Position numbers and translations under genes: made by a program
Assembly (NCBI GenBank): GCA_036390255.1
Contig: DASWCE010000230.1
Location: 5,701-69,700, forward strand
Direction of reading: 5' to 3'
Source of the DNA: Gemmatimonadales bacterium
Lineage (GTDB): Bacteria; Gemmatimonadota; Gemmatimonadetes; Gemmatimonadales; GWC2-71-9
DNA length: 64,000 nucleotides
Notes under the pieces: generated by a model
The model's input: the letters and a program-made list of their open reading frames with translations, nothing else
What the model was told of the DNA's origin: nothing
Databases searched by the model: none
Shown: piece by piece, positions 1 through 10,035 of the stretch
Layout of the letters: each line of letters begins with the position of its first letter
Position numbering within the stretch: the stretch's first letter is position 1

Positions 1-1
1 G

Positions 2-1534
2 CTCACGCTTGCCAAGACCGTGGGGGGCGGCCAAACGCCGCGCGCCATCGCCGAGCGGCTGGTCGGCTCATTGGAGCTGCCGGCCGGCCTGGTGCGTAAG
101 ACCGAGATCGCGGGACCCGGCTTCATCAACTTTTTCCTCGCCGACGCGCAGGTCGTCAGCGCGCTCCCCGCGATTCTCGCGGCGGGTCCTGATTATGGAA
201 AGAGCGACGTTGGCCGCAGCGCACCCATCAACGTCGAATTCGTGTCGGCAAACCCCACGGGCCCGCTGCACGTCGGCCACGGCCGGCAGGCCGCGCTCGG
301 TGATGCGATCGCGGCGCTGCTCGAGTGGACCGGCTGGCGTGTGAGCCGCGAGTTCTACTACAACGACGCGGGCAGCCAGATCATGAATCTCGCGCACAGC
401 GTGCAGGCGCGCATTCGCGAGGCCCGCGGGCTGCCGGGCGAGATTCCCGAGCAAGGCTATCAGGGCGACTACATCCGCGAGATCGCCGAGCGCTATGTGG
501 CCGAGCATCCGCGCGATCCGGAAGGGAAGGACCTGGAGGCCGTGCGACGCTTTGCAGTGCGTGAGCTGCGCGCCGAGCAGGACCGCGATCTGCAGGCGTT
601 CGGGGTGAAGTTCGACGTGTACTTCCTCGAGTCATCACTCTACACCGACGGCAAGGTGGAAGAGACGACCCGTCGTCTCGTGGCGGCTGGACACACGTAC
701 GAGCGCGACGGTGCGCTGTGGCTGCGCACCACCGATTTCGGTGACGACAAGGACCGCGTGATGCGCAAGAGCGCGGAGAAGGGCCGCGAGTTTACCTACT
801 TCCTGCCCGATGTCGCGTACCACGTCACCAAGTGGGAGCGGGGGTTCAAGCACGCGATCAACGTGCAGGGTTCGGACCATCATGGCACGGTCGCTCGCGT
901 GCGGATCGGCTTGCAGGCGCTCGAAATGGGGATTCCACCAGGATATCCCGAGTACGTGCTGCATCAGATGGTGACGGTGATGCGTGGTGGGGCAGAAGTG
1001 AAGCTCTCCAAACGCGCGGGGAGCTATATGACGGTGCGCGAGTTGGTCGAGGAAGTGGGCCGCGATGCGGTGCGCTATTTCTATCTGATGCGCCGCGGCG
1101 AGACACATTTCGTGTTCGACGTCGATCTCGCCAAGAGCCAGACCGACGAGAACCCCGTCTTCTACGTTCAGATGGCGCATGCGCGCATGGCGGGAATCTT
1201 CCGCGTGGCGGGGCGTGATCCGGCGAGCGTCCGGGCCGAGGGCGGAGGGGAGGGGGTCGACCTCAGCGTGCTCACGCAGCCGGAGGAAGCCGATTTGATC
1301 AAGGTGCTGGCCGATTTTCCGGCCACGCTCGCCGGAGCCGCGGGGGCGCGCGAGCCGCACCGCATCACGAGTTATCTCGAGGGACTGGCCCGGCTTGCCC
1401 ACGCGTGGTATCACAAGTACCGCGTGCTGGGCGAGCGCGAGGAAGCGGCTCGGCTGGTGCTGGCGCGCGCCGTCAAACAGGTCCTGGCGAATGGACTCTC
1501 TCTTTTGGGGATTCGCGCCCCGGAACGGATGTGA
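2..1534 (+). CDS. argS: Arginine--tRNA ligase, 5' end outside window
   Basis: Open frame from window edge. Class I HIGH-type motif SANPTGPLHVGHGRQAALGD, then YYNDAGSQI and a C-terminal anticodon-binding region ending ...LGIRAPERM. Confidence 0.95.
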   Translation, partial: LTLAKTVGGGQTPRAIAERLVGSLELPAGLVRKTEIAGPGFINFFLADAQVVSALPAILAAGPDYGKSDVGRSAPINVEFVSANPTGPLHVGHGRQAALGDAIAALLEWTGWRVSREFYYNDAGSQIMNLAHSVQARIREARGLPGEIPEQGYQGDYIREIAERYVAEHPRDPEGKDLEAVRRFAVRELRAEQDRDLQAFGVKFDVYFLESSLYTDGKVEETTRRLVAAGHTYERDGALWLRTTDFGDDKDRVMRKSAEKGREFTYFLPDVAYHVTKWERGFKHAINVQGSDHHGTVARVRIGLQALEMGIPPGYPEYVLHQMVTVMRGGAEVKLSKRAGSYMTVRELVEEVGRDAVRYFYLMRRGETHFVFDVDLAKSQTDENPVFYVQMAHARMAGIFRVAGRDPASVRAEGGGEGVDLSVLTQPEEADLIKVLADFPATLAGAAGAREPHRITSYLEGLARLAHAWYHKYRVLGEREEAARLVLARAVKQVLANGLSLLGIRAPERM

Positions 1535-2454
1535 GTGTGGGCTTGCTTGTGGTCGGCTCGATCGCGCTCGATTCCGTCATCACGCCGTTCGGCGAGACCG
1601 CCGACACGCTCGGCGGCGCTGCGGTGTTCTTCGCAATGGCGGGCGCTGTGCTTCACCCCGTGCAAGTCGTGGGTGTGGTCGGCAGCGATTTTCCGGAGGC
1701 ACACCTCAAGAAGCTCGCGGCGCGCGGCGTCGATCTCGCGGGCGTCGAGCGGCAGGAGGGCGAGTCCTTCCGCTGGAAGGCGCGCTACTCCTACGATCTC
1801 AATAGCCGCGAGACGCTGGAGACCCGACTCGGCGTCTTCGCGGAATTCCAGCCACGCATTCCGGACAAGTTTCGCGACGCGAAGTTCGTGTTTCTGGGCA
1901 ATATCGATCCCGAGCTGCAGCTCAACGTGCTCGATCAAGTCAAGCAGCCGACGCTGGTCGCGTGCGACACGATGAACTATTGGATCCAGGGCAAGAGGGA
2001 TTTGTTGCTCGAGCTGCTGCGGCATATCGACATTCTGATGGTCAACGATTCCGAGGCCCGGGAGCTTTCGGGGGATTGGAACATCTATCGCGCCGCGCAC
2101 TGGATTCTGGGCCGGGGTCCCAAAATGGTTGTCATCAAGCAGGGCGATCACGGTGCGCTGCTCGTCGATCCTGATACCATCTTCAAGGTGCCGGCCTATC
2201 CGCTGCAGGATGTGTTCGATCCCACTGGCGCCGGCGACGCGTTCGCCGGGGGCTTCATGGCGCACGTCGCGCGCACCGGGGATCTCGGGTTCCCCAACCT
2301 CCGGCGCGCGATGGTCTACGGCTCGGCCATGGGATCGCTGGCCGTCGAAGCATTCGGAGTGCAGCGCCTCGAGCAAGTGACGCTGCAGGAGGTGCGCAGC
2401 CGCGTGAAAGCGTTCCGCGATCTCGTGCACTTCTCGCTGGACGGCGAGGAATGA
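1531..2454 (+). CDS. PfkB-family carbohydrate/nucleoside kinase
   Basis: N-terminus VGLLVVGSIALDSV and PfkB signature DPTGAGDAFAGGF. GTG start at 1531 or 1537, overlapping the argS stop; the 1405 ORF start is an upstream extension. Confidence 0.85.
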   Translation: MSVGLLVVGSIALDSVITPFGETADTLGGAAVFFAMAGAVLHPVQVVGVVGSDFPEAHLKKLAARGVDLAGVERQEGESFRWKARYSYDLNSRETLETRLGVFAEFQPRIPDKFRDAKFVFLGNIDPELQLNVLDQVKQPTLVACDTMNYWIQGKRDLLLELLRHIDILMVNDSEARELSGDWNIYRAAHWILGRGPKMVVIKQGDHGALLVDPDTIFKVPAYPLQDVFDPTGAGDAFAGGFMAHVARTGDLGFPNLRRAMVYGSAMGSLAVEAFGVQRLEQVTLQEVRSRVKAFRDLVHFSLDGEE

Positions 2455-3491
2455 CCAAGGCGGATCGGTACGCCGCGGCGGGCGTGAAGTTGGACACCGC
2501 CGCTGAAGCGAAACGGCGCATCGCGCAGCTCGTGAGTGCCACGCGAACGCCGCTCGCCCGGGGCCAGGTCGGCGGATTCGGCGGCATGGTGCGCGTGCCC
2601 GATGGTTTCAAGAAGCCCGTCCTCGTGATGTCGACAGATGGCGTCGGGTCGAAAGTCCTCGTTTCCGCCGCCGCCGGTATTCACGACACGGTCGGCGAGG
2701 ATCTGGTCAATCATTCCGTCAACGACATCCTGGTGCACGGCGCCACACCGCTCGCGTTCCTCGATTACATCGCGGCGGGGAACCTCGTGCCGGAGATCGC
2801 CGAGCAAATCGTCGCTGGTGTCGCGCGCGCCTGCCGGGCGCACGACATGACGCTCGCCGGCGGCGAAACGGCACAGATGCCGGACCTGTATCAGCCCGGT
2901 CACTACGATCTCGCCGGGGCGATCGTCGGCGTGGTCGAGGAAGACAAGGCGCTCCACGGAGACCGCGTAGCAGCCGGCGATCAGCTGATCGGCTATGCAT
3001 CCACGGGTCTGCACACCAACGGCTACACCCTGGCGCGGAAGATCGTGTTCGATTCGATGAAGCTGAAGATCGACGATCCGTTTCCCGAGACCGGCCAGTC
3101 GGTGGGACAGGTCCTCCTCGCGGTCCACCGGAGCTACGCCACCGCTGTCCGGCCGGTGCTCGACGACATCCACGCCCTCGCGCACGTCACGGGGGGCGGC
3201 ATCGCGGGCAATCTCGTTCGGGTGCTGCCGCCCGGCGTAGAGGCGGCCGTCGACGCGGGGAGCTGGCCTTGGCCATCGCTCTTCCGCGTCCTCATGCGCG
3301 CCGGTCACGTCCGGCGCGACGAGATGCGGCGCGTGTTCAATCTCGGCATCGGCATGGTCGCTGTGGTGGCACGCGATAATGTCGAGACGGTCATCCGCGC
3401 GGCCGCGCGCGCGCACGTTGCGGCGTGGATCATCGGCGAAATCCGGCCGGCGCGTGGCTCCGCTGCGACGGTTCGGTTTGAAGAAAGATAG
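2451..3491 (+). CDS. purM: Phosphoribosylformylglycinamidine cyclo-ligase (AIR synthetase)
   Basis: YAAAGVKLD, GGFGGM and STDGVGSKV motifs; ATGA overlap with upstream stop. Confidence 0.95.
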   Translation: MTKADRYAAAGVKLDTAAEAKRRIAQLVSATRTPLARGQVGGFGGMVRVPDGFKKPVLVMSTDGVGSKVLVSAAAGIHDTVGEDLVNHSVNDILVHGATPLAFLDYIAAGNLVPEIAEQIVAGVARACRAHDMTLAGGETAQMPDLYQPGHYDLAGAIVGVVEEDKALHGDRVAAGDQLIGYASTGLHTNGYTLARKIVFDSMKLKIDDPFPETGQSVGQVLLAVHRSYATAVRPVLDDIHALAHVTGGGIAGNLVRVLPPGVEAAVDAGSWPWPSLFRVLMRAGHVRRDEMRRVFNLGIGMVAVVARDNVETVIRAAARAHVAAWIIGEIRPARGSAATVRFEER

Positions 3492-3510
3492 AGATAGAGA
3501 GCTCGACGCG

Positions 3511-4584
3511 ATGCGCCGCGCCCTCGAGCTCGCCTGGCGCGGCTGGGGGCGCGTTTCGCCGAATCCCATCGTCGGTGCCGTCGTGTTGCGCGGCCAGGAC
3601 ATCGTCGCCGAAGGGTGGCATGCCGAATTCGGCGGCCCCCATGCGGAGCTGAACGCGCTGGTTGCCGCAGGCGACCAGGCACGGGGCGCTACGCTGGTCG
3701 TGACCCTCGAGCCCTGCGCGCACCATGGCAAGACGCCGCCGTGCACCGACGCCATCCGGGCCGCGGGCGTGCGACGGGTCGTCGCGGCGGTCCGCGATCC
3801 CGATCCCGAGGCGCGCGGGGGCGCGGACGTTCTGAAACGCGCCGGGATCGAAGTCCAGATCGGATTGCTCGCCGAAGCCGCCGCCGCTCAAAACGCGCCT
3901 TTCCTTTTCACCAGGCAGCAGACAGACCGCCCCTTCGTCGCGCTCAAGCTCGCCACGTCCATCGATGGCCGCATTGCGGATGCCGGCGGCCGCTCGCAAT
4001 GGATCTCCGGTCCGGAGGCGCGCGATCATGTCCATTGGTTGCGCGCCGGCTTCGACGCGATCGCGGTCGGCGGCACCACCGCCCTCACGGACAACCCGCA
4101 GTTGACGGCCCGCGGCGACCTGACGCCCCGGAAGCCGCCGGTGCGCATCGTGTTCGACAGGCGCGCCATGCTGAACCTCGGCGTTTCGCTCGTCCAGACG
4201 GCGCGGGAAGTGCCGACGTGGGTCGTCGCGTCGCCCGAGGCGCCGATGGCCAATGTGTCGGTGCTCGAAGGCAACGGCGTGCGCGTCTTCCGCCCCGAAG
4301 CGCTCGCCCAAGCCTTTGCCCAACTGCGGCTCGCCGGGATCCAGTCGTTGTTATGTGAGGGCGGGGGCGCGCTTGGTACCAAACTGTTGACCGAAGGGCT
4401 GGTCGATCGCCTGTACTGGGTGCAGTCGCCCGTCTGGCTCGGAGAGGGCGCGGTGCCCGCTTTCCAAGGCGTTCCGGCATTTCCGCTCGCCGACGCGCCA
4501 CGCTGGGTGGTCGTGGAGCGCCGCCCCCTGGGCTCTGATACATTATTGGTCTTGGATCGACGGCTATGTTTACCGGAATCGTAG
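3511..4584 (+). CDS. ribD: Bifunctional riboflavin-biosynthesis deaminase/reductase
   Basis: Zinc deaminase motifs HAELNAL and LEPCAHHGKTPPC, followed by a reductase domain. ATG 3511 taken as start; TTG 3478 is an alternative. Confidence 0.92.
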   Translation: MRRALELAWRGWGRVSPNPIVGAVVLRGQDIVAEGWHAEFGGPHAELNALVAAGDQARGATLVVTLEPCAHHGKTPPCTDAIRAAGVRRVVAAVRDPDPEARGGADVLKRAGIEVQIGLLAEAAAAQNAPFLFTRQQTDRPFVALKLATSIDGRIADAGGRSQWISGPEARDHVHWLRAGFDAIAVGGTTALTDNPQLTARGDLTPRKPPVRIVFDRRAMLNLGVSLVQTAREVPTWVVASPEAPMANVSVLEGNGVRVFRPEALAQAFAQLRLAGIQSLLCEGGGALGTKLLTEGLVDRLYWVQSPVWLGEGAVPAFQGVPAFPLADAPRWVVVERRPLGSDTLLVLDRRLCLPES

Positions 4585-5153
4585 ATGCGCTCGGCAGGAT
4601 TGACGCGGTGCACGTGAACAACGGCGTGGAACTGCGTGTGAAGGCGTCGTATAAAGGCGTGAAGAAGGGCGAGAGTATCGCGCTCAATGGCGCCTGCCTC
4701 ACCGTCGAAAAGGTTCTCAAAGGCGCCTTTACGGTGCACGCCGTGCAGACGACGCTCGGCCGAACGTTGATCGGCGAGTGGAAAAAGGGGCGGAGCGTCA
4801 ACCTGGAACGGGCGCTCAGGGCAGGCGACCGCTTCGGTGGGCATTTCGTGCAGGGCCACGTCGATGGCGTGGGTACCGTCGAAGGGGTCGCAGAAGTCGA
4901 GGACGCGATGCTCGTGGATATTCGCGTGCCGCCCGACGTCGAAGAAACGACGGTTCTCCATGGGGCCATCACGGTGGACGGCGTAAGCCTGACGGTGAAC
5001 GCGCTGGCAGAAGACAGGATCGTACAGGTGTCGCTCGTGCCGTTCACACGCGCGCACACGACGTTGGGGCGGCTCAGCAGCGGTGACCGGGTGCACGTCG
5101 AGGCCGACGTGCTGGGAAAATATGTGAGGCAGCTATGCCGTTCACAGCGGTAG
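4566..5153 (+). CDS. ribE: Riboflavin synthase alpha chain
   Basis: MFTGIVDALGRI N-terminus and duplicated lumazine-binding repeats (NGACLTV / VDGVSLTV). Confidence 0.93.
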   Translation: MFTGIVDALGRIDAVHVNNGVELRVKASYKGVKKGESIALNGACLTVEKVLKGAFTVHAVQTTLGRTLIGEWKKGRSVNLERALRAGDRFGGHFVQGHVDGVGTVEGVAEVEDAMLVDIRVPPDVEETTVLHGAITVDGVSLTVNALAEDRIVQVSLVPFTRAHTTLGRLSSGDRVHVEADVLGKYVRQLCRSQR

Positions 5154-6340
5154 AACAAGCGATCGCGGATATCCGCGCCGGCAAGCTCGTCATCGTGGCC
5201 GATGACGAGCGGCGCGAAAACGAGGGAGATCTCGTCGGCGCGGCCGAAACGGTCACGGCCGACATGATCAACTTCATGGCGACGTACGCCCGCGGGCTGA
5301 TCTGCATGCCGCTGACCCCGGAGCGCTGCCAGGCGCTCGGTCTGCCGCAGATGACCGAGCATAACAACGAGTCGCACGAGACTGCCTTCACCATCAGCAT
5401 CGACGCCGCCGCGCGGTTCGGGGTGAGTACGGGCATCTCGGCGGCGGACCGCGCCGCCACGATTCGCGTCGCGATCGATCCATCCACAGTGCCCAGCGAC
5501 CTGCGCCGGCCCGGACACGTCTTCCCATTGCGGGCGCGTCCCGGTGGCGTGTTGCAGCGCGTCGGCCAGACCGAAGCCAGCATCGATCTGGCACGACTGG
5601 CCGGCCTGTATCCAGCCGGCGTGATCTGCGAGATCCTGAATCCCGACGGAACGATGGCTCGGCGCCCCGACCTCGAACGGTTCGCCAAAGAGCACGGCCT
5701 CACCTTCATCACCGTGGCGCAGCTGGTCGCCTACCGGCTGAAGCATGAGCGACTGGTGCATCGGGTCGCCGAAGCCCGACTCCCGACGCCGTTCGGCGAG
5801 TTCCGCATCATCGGCTATCGCAACGATGTCGATGCCGCCGAGCATGTCGCCCTCGTCTACGGCGATGCCGCCGGGAAGAAAGACGTCCTCGTACGGATGC
5901 ACTCCAAGTGCCTCACCGGCGACGTGTTCGGTTCAGCACGCTGCGATTGCGGCTGGCAGTTGCACAGCGCCATGCGCATGATCGGCGAAGCCGGAGCGGG
6001 CGTCGTCGTGTATCTCGATCAGGAAGGCCGCGGCATCGGTCTGCTGAACAAGCTGAAGGCGTACGAGCTCCAGGATCAGGGTCACGATACCGTCGAGGCC
6101 AACGAGAAGCTGGGCTTTAAGCCCGACCTCCGGAACTACGGGATCGGCGCGCAGATTCTGCTCGACCTCGGTCTCTCATCGATTCGCGTCCTGACGAACA
6201 ACCCGATGAAGCTGGTCGGCCTCGAGGGCTATGGGCTGGAGATCGTCGAGCGGCTGCCCATCGTGCCGGCGCCGTCGGACGAGAATCGGGCCTATCTCGA
6301 CGTCAAGCGGGACAAGCTGGGTCACTTCCTCACCCACTGA
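5135..6340 (+). CDS. ribBA: Bifunctional 3,4-dihydroxy-2-butanone-4-phosphate synthase / GTP cyclohydrolase II
   Basis: DHBP synthase DDERRENEGDL and GTP cyclohydrolase II zinc site CLTGDVFGSARCDCG. Confidence 0.95.
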   Translation: MPFTAVEQAIADIRAGKLVIVADDERRENEGDLVGAAETVTADMINFMATYARGLICMPLTPERCQALGLPQMTEHNNESHETAFTISIDAAARFGVSTGISAADRAATIRVAIDPSTVPSDLRRPGHVFPLRARPGGVLQRVGQTEASIDLARLAGLYPAGVICEILNPDGTMARRPDLERFAKEHGLTFITVAQLVAYRLKHERLVHRVAEARLPTPFGEFRIIGYRNDVDAAEHVALVYGDAAGKKDVLVRMHSKCLTGDVFGSARCDCGWQLHSAMRMIGEAGAGVVVYLDQEGRGIGLLNKLKAYELQDQGHDTVEANEKLGFKPDLRNYGIGAQILLDLGLSSIRVLTNNPMKLVGLEGYGLEIVERLPIVPAPSDENRAYLDVKRDKLGHFLTH

Positions 6341-6342
6341 TC

Positions 6343-6822
6343 GTGCCGCACAAGGCTCCTCCTCCCTCCGCAGCGCGCAGCTCCAACCGCCAGCGGCGCG
6401 TGGCGATCATTGTCAGCCGATTTCACGAGCACATCACCGCAAAGCTGCTCGAGGGCGCGCGCGAGGCGTTGCGGCGCGGCGGCATCGCGGACTCGAACGT
6501 CGACGTCACGTGGGCTCCGGGCGCCTTCGAGCTTCCCGTCCTCGCGGAGGCGGCTGCCGCGAGCGAACGCTTCGACGCCATCGTGGCGCTTGGGTGCGTG
6601 ATCCGCGGCGAGACGCCGCATTTCGAGTATGTCGCGGGCGAGGCGGCGCGCGGCCTCGGGAACGTCGCGCGTGCGCACCGCATCGCGGTAGGGTTTGGGG
6701 TGTTGACGACGGAGACCGAGGCTCAGGCGCTGGCGCGCGTCAGTAAAGGTGCCGAGGCCGTGCAGGCGGCCCTCGAGACCGCCGCTGCGCTCGAGAGGCT
6801 CGGTGCAGCGCCCCGAGACTAA
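6343..6822 (+). CDS. ribH: 6,7-dimethyl-8-ribityllumazine synthase
   Basis: VAIIVSRFHEHITAKLLEGA and GCVIRGETPHFEYV motifs; sits in the rib operon. Confidence 0.95.
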   Translation: MPHKAPPPSAARSSNRQRRVAIIVSRFHEHITAKLLEGAREALRRGGIADSNVDVTWAPGAFELPVLAEAAAASERFDAIVALGCVIRGETPHFEYVAGEAARGLGNVARAHRIAVGFGVLTTETEAQALARVSKGAEAVQAALETAAALERLGAAPRD

Positions 6823-7216
6823 GGCGCGCGCGCGCGCCCTCCAGCTGCTGTATGCATGGGAGCTTTCCGCCAGACCGACGATAGAAACCGTCGTCGCCCG
6901 CGTGGCGGTCATTTACGGCGGCGCGCCACGCGGCTACGACCGCGGTGCGGATCTCGCCGCGAAGGCGATTGCCGGCCTGCCCGAGTTCGACCGCCGCATC
7001 GCGGACGCCGCCGAGCATTGGCGGCTCGAGCGCGTCGGCGTGGTTGAGCGCAACATCCTGCGCCTGGCGCTCGCCGAGCTCGATGAGGCGTCCACGCCGC
7101 CGCGTGTGGTGATCGATGAAGCAGTCAAGCTCGCCCACTGGTTCGCCGGCCCCCGTGCGCCGGGGTTCATCAACGGCGTCCTCGATGCCATCGCCCACGA
7201 GACCGGCGCATTGTGA
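6803..7216 (+). CDS. nusB: Transcription antitermination factor NusB
   Basis: ARARALQLLYAWE and ERNILRLALAEL motifs; classical ribH-nusB synteny. GTG 6803 chosen; the ORF-track start 6749 lies deep inside ribH. Confidence 0.88.
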   Translation: MQRPETKARARALQLLYAWELSARPTIETVVARVAVIYGGAPRGYDRGADLAAKAIAGLPEFDRRIADAAEHWRLERVGVVERNILRLALAELDEASTPPRVVIDEAVKLAHWFAGPRAPGFINGVLDAIAHETGAL

Positions 7217-8349
7217 AGATTCTGCTCGTGAACTGGAACGACCGGGAGAATCCACAGGCCGGCGGCGCCGAAATCCATCTCCACGAGCTGTTCGGCCGGA
7301 TCGCCTCGTCGGGGATGGGGGGGGGCCATGATGTCCATCTGATCGCGAGCGGTTGGCCGGGTTGCGCGCCGCGCGCGGTTGTGGACGGTATGCAGGTCAC
7401 GCGCATCGGAGGCCGCCATAGTTTCGCGCTGCGTGGCCGGGGAGCGGTGCGGCGCGCGCTGCGTGCCCAGCCTTTCGACGTCGTGATCGAGGATATCAAC
7501 AAGCTTCCGCTGTTTTTGCCCATGCTCACGTCGCTGCCCTTCGTCGCGATCGTGCCACACCTGTTCGGGACGACCGCATTCGCGGAAGCCAGTCCGCCCA
7601 TGGCAACGGTGGTGTGGGCCGCCGAGCTGCCGATCCCCTGGATATACCGCCGTGCGGCATTCCATGCGATTTCCGAGAGTACGAGGGATGACCTCGTCCG
7701 GCGTGGTGTTTCGAAAGAACGGATCGTCGTCATCCATCCCGGCGTGGATTCCCAAGCGTATCGCCCCGACCCGGCAACGCCGCGCGCCGCGCACCCCACG
7801 TTCTTGTATCTGGGCCGATTGAAGCGTTATAAAGGAGTAGAGTTCGCCCTGCGGGCCCTTGCCATCGCGCGAGCCGCACGCCCCGACATGACGCTGGACA
7901 TCTGCGGGCAGGGCGACGACCGGCCGCGCCTCGAGCGGCTGGCCGGTGCACTGGGACTGCGGGACGCCGTGCGATTCCTCGGGTACGTACCGGAAGAGGA
8001 AAAGAAACGGTTGTTGCGCCGCGCCTGGGCCGTCGTCTTTCCGAGCCCGAAAGAAGGGTGGGGGATCACGAACGTCGAGGCCGCTGCCTCCGGAACGCCG
8101 GCGCTGGCGTCCGACAGCGCCGGATTGCGCGAGTCGGTCCAGCACCAGATAACGGGATACCTGGTGCCCCACGGTGATGCACAGGGGCTGGCGGACCGGA
8201 TGCTCGCGTTGGCCGCCGATCCGGCGGCCGTGGAGCGCCTGGGGCGCGCGGCTCGCACGTTTGCGGAAGGGCTGTCGTGGCACGCCGCGGCGCGCGCGAC
8301 GGTGGCCCATATCGAACACACTATCGCTGCACGGGAAAGGGAGCGTTGA
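7213..8349 (+). CDS. Glycosyltransferase, GT4 (GT-B fold) family
   Basis: MKILLVNWN N-terminus and E-x7-E region EGWGITNVEAAASGTPALASD; GTGA overlap with nusB. Confidence 0.85.
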   Translation: MKILLVNWNDRENPQAGGAEIHLHELFGRIASSGMGGGHDVHLIASGWPGCAPRAVVDGMQVTRIGGRHSFALRGRGAVRRALRAQPFDVVIEDINKLPLFLPMLTSLPFVAIVPHLFGTTAFAEASPPMATVVWAAELPIPWIYRRAAFHAISESTRDDLVRRGVSKERIVVIHPGVDSQAYRPDPATPRAAHPTFLYLGRLKRYKGVEFALRALAIARAARPDMTLDICGQGDDRPRLERLAGALGLRDAVRFLGYVPEEEKKRLLRRAWAVVFPSPKEGWGITNVEAAASGTPALASDSAGLRESVQHQITGYLVPHGDAQGLADRMLALAADPAAVERLGRAARTFAEGLSWHAAARATVAHIEHTIAARERER

Positions 8350-8352
8350 CGC

Positions 8353-8679
8353 ATGCGCATCACGATCACCGTCCGTCATACGGACGTCGACGACGATCTT
8401 CGCGCGCACACCCGCGAGCTGGTCGAAAAGGTGGTAAAACTCGTGCGGCGCCCGCATCACGCGCAGGTGATTTTCACCGAGGATCATGGCGAGGCGGGTG
8501 TCGAGATCGAGATCCATGCGCCGCGGGGCCGCGTCCACGTCGCCAAGTCTCAAGGCCCTGATCAGCGCTCCGCGCTCGACGCGGCGATCGCGCGCGTGAA
8601 GCGCCAGCTGCTCGATGGGAAGGAGACGCCGCGCGCCCGCCGCACGACGCGGCGTTCCAGAGTGCCAGGGCCGCGGTGA
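8353..8679 (+). CDS. hpf: Ribosome hibernation-promoting factor (short HPF/RaiA type)
   Basis: MRITITVRHTDVDDDLRAHTRELVEK; about 108 aa; lies just upstream of hprK. Confidence 0.88.
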   Translation: MRITITVRHTDVDDDLRAHTRELVEKVVKLVRRPHHAQVIFTEDHGEAGVEIEIHAPRGRVHVAKSQGPDQRSALDAAIARVKRQLLDGKETPRARRTTRRSRVPGPR

Positions 8680-9668
8680 CCACGCCTCCCGCGACGTCGC
8701 CGCGGCTCAAAGTCGGCGACCTGCTCGCCCGCAAGGGCGATCCGCTGCAGCTCGAGGTGCTGACGGCCGAAGTGGGGCTCGCGCGCGAGATCCGGTCCCC
8801 GGAAGCCTCGAGTCCCGGACTCGTGCTCGCCGGCTACACGGCTCGGTTCGTGGGCACCGATCGCATTCACATTCTCGGCGAAACCGAAATCACGTACCTC
8901 GCTTCGCTCGACGCCAAGGCGCGGCGCAAGTCGATCGAAACGTTCTTGTCCTACGACCTGCCGTGCATCGTCATCACGAAGGGCCAGGAGGCACCGGAAG
9001 AATTGCTGGTGCTGGCGCGCGAGAGGGGCATCGCGGTCATTCGCACCCGCCTCAAGACGGCGGAATTTTACCGGGGGCTCAAGCCGTTTCTCGACGACGC
9101 CTTCGCCCCCCGCACGACCGTCCACGGCTCGCTCGCCGACGTCTTTGGCGTGGGTCTCTTGTTCCGGGGACGTTCCGGGATCGGGAAGAGCGAATGCGTG
9201 CTCGACCTGGTCGAGCGCGGGCATCGCCTGGTGGCGGACGACGTCGTCCACGTCACGCGCCGCGGGAACGACGTGCTGATCGGCCGGGGACACGAGATTT
9301 CCCGGCACTTCATGGAGATCCGCGGCGTCGGCTTGATCGACATCAACGCGTTGTTCGGGATTCGCTCCGTCCGGCAACAGAAGCGCATCGAGGTGGTGGT
9401 GCAGCTCGAGGATTGGGACAATACGCGGGAATACGACCGGACCGGTCTCGACCAGCAGCGCACCGAGCTCCTCGACGTCGAGCTGCCGCTCGTGACGGTG
9501 CCGCTGAATCCCGGCAAGAACCTCACCGTGATTTGCGAAGTCGTCGCAATGACTCACCTGCTGCGCTACAGCGGCGTGGACTCCGCGAACGCGTTCAACG
9601 AGCGTCTCATTCGTCGCATGCGGGAGAAGGGCGGCGTGCAGCAGTACCTGGAGGAGGATTATGAGTGA
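8676..9668 (+). CDS. hprK: HPr kinase/phosphorylase
   Basis: P-loop GRSGIGKSECVLDLVERGHRLVADD and EIRGVGLIDI motif; GTGA overlap with hpf. Confidence 0.93.
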   Translation: MTTPPATSPRLKVGDLLARKGDPLQLEVLTAEVGLAREIRSPEASSPGLVLAGYTARFVGTDRIHILGETEITYLASLDAKARRKSIETFLSYDLPCIVITKGQEAPEELLVLARERGIAVIRTRLKTAEFYRGLKPFLDDAFAPRTTVHGSLADVFGVGLLFRGRSGIGKSECVLDLVERGHRLVADDVVHVTRRGNDVLIGRGHEISRHFMEIRGVGLIDINALFGIRSVRQQKRIEVVVQLEDWDNTREYDRTGLDQQRTELLDVELPLVTVPLNPGKNLTVICEVVAMTHLLRYSGVDSANAFNERLIRRMREKGGVQQYLEEDYE

Positions 9669-10035
9669 CCTCCGCGGCATCATCGTGACGCACGCCGCGG
9701 TCGCGCAGGCACTGGTGGCGGCGGTGGGTGCGATCACCGGCGTTCAAGATGCGCTCACCGGCGTATCGAACGAGGGGTGCGGCACGGCGGAGTTGGGCGA
9801 GCGCCTGCGCACAGCCATCGGCGAAGGACCCGCCGTGCTCTTCGTCGATCTGCCCGGAGGCTCCTGCTTTACCAGCTCGGTCCGCTATGCGAGGCAGCAT
9901 GCCGAAATCGCCGTCGTCACCGGTGTGAATCTCGCCATGCTGGTCGATTTCGTCTTTCACCGGGACATCTCACCCGCGGAGGCCGCCCGTCGTGCCGTCG
10001 ACGCCGGCGCGAAGGCGATTCGCGTGAGCGCATGA
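9661..10035 (+). CDS. PTS mannose-family EIIA component
   Basis: N-terminal phosphorylatable His context GIIVTHAA, then VDLPGGSCF and VTGVNLAMLV, as in EIIA-Man. Confidence 0.85.
   Translation: MSDLRGIIVTHAAVAQALVAAVGAITGVQDALTGVSNEGCGTAELGERLRTAIGEGPAVLFVDLPGGSCFTSSVRYARQHAEIAVVTGVNLAMLVDFVFHRDISPAEAARRAVDAGAKAIRVSA

Noticed and set aside
3492-3510. FMN (RFN) riboswitch upstream of the riboflavin operon.
   Set aside because: Only 19 nt separate the purM stop from the ribD ATG (and they overlap if TTG 3478 is used). There is no room for an approximately 130-nt element, and no RFN-like conserved blocks are seen.
2316-3755. Very long antisense 'shadow' ORFs opposite confidently identified genes. 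This 479-aa ORF lies opposite purM/ribD. Others are 4085-5902(-), 6934-8553(-), 20433-21581(-), 33819-35057(+), 43318-44721(-), 45698-47137(-), 48764-50023(-) and 60176-61285(-).
   Set aside because: They are the expected artefact of high GC content, where stop codons are rare. Their translations are Arg/Ala/Pro/Gly-rich with no recognisable motifs. The opposite strand in each case encodes a protein with clear family signatures.
7317-7325. Homopolymeric G/C runs as phase-variation switches: G9 in the glycosyltransferase (7317-7325), G7+G9 in the small secreted protein (28332-28350), G8 in selB (27364-27371), G8 at 16597-16604 and C8 at 51123-51130.
   Set aside because: A back-of-envelope estimate, assuming about one third G and one third C, predicts on the order of 10-15 runs of 8 or more in 64 kb. 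The roughly 7 I noticed are therefore not enriched. Several lie in essential conserved genes. Only the recO/selB tract is kept, as a low-interest finding because of its position.
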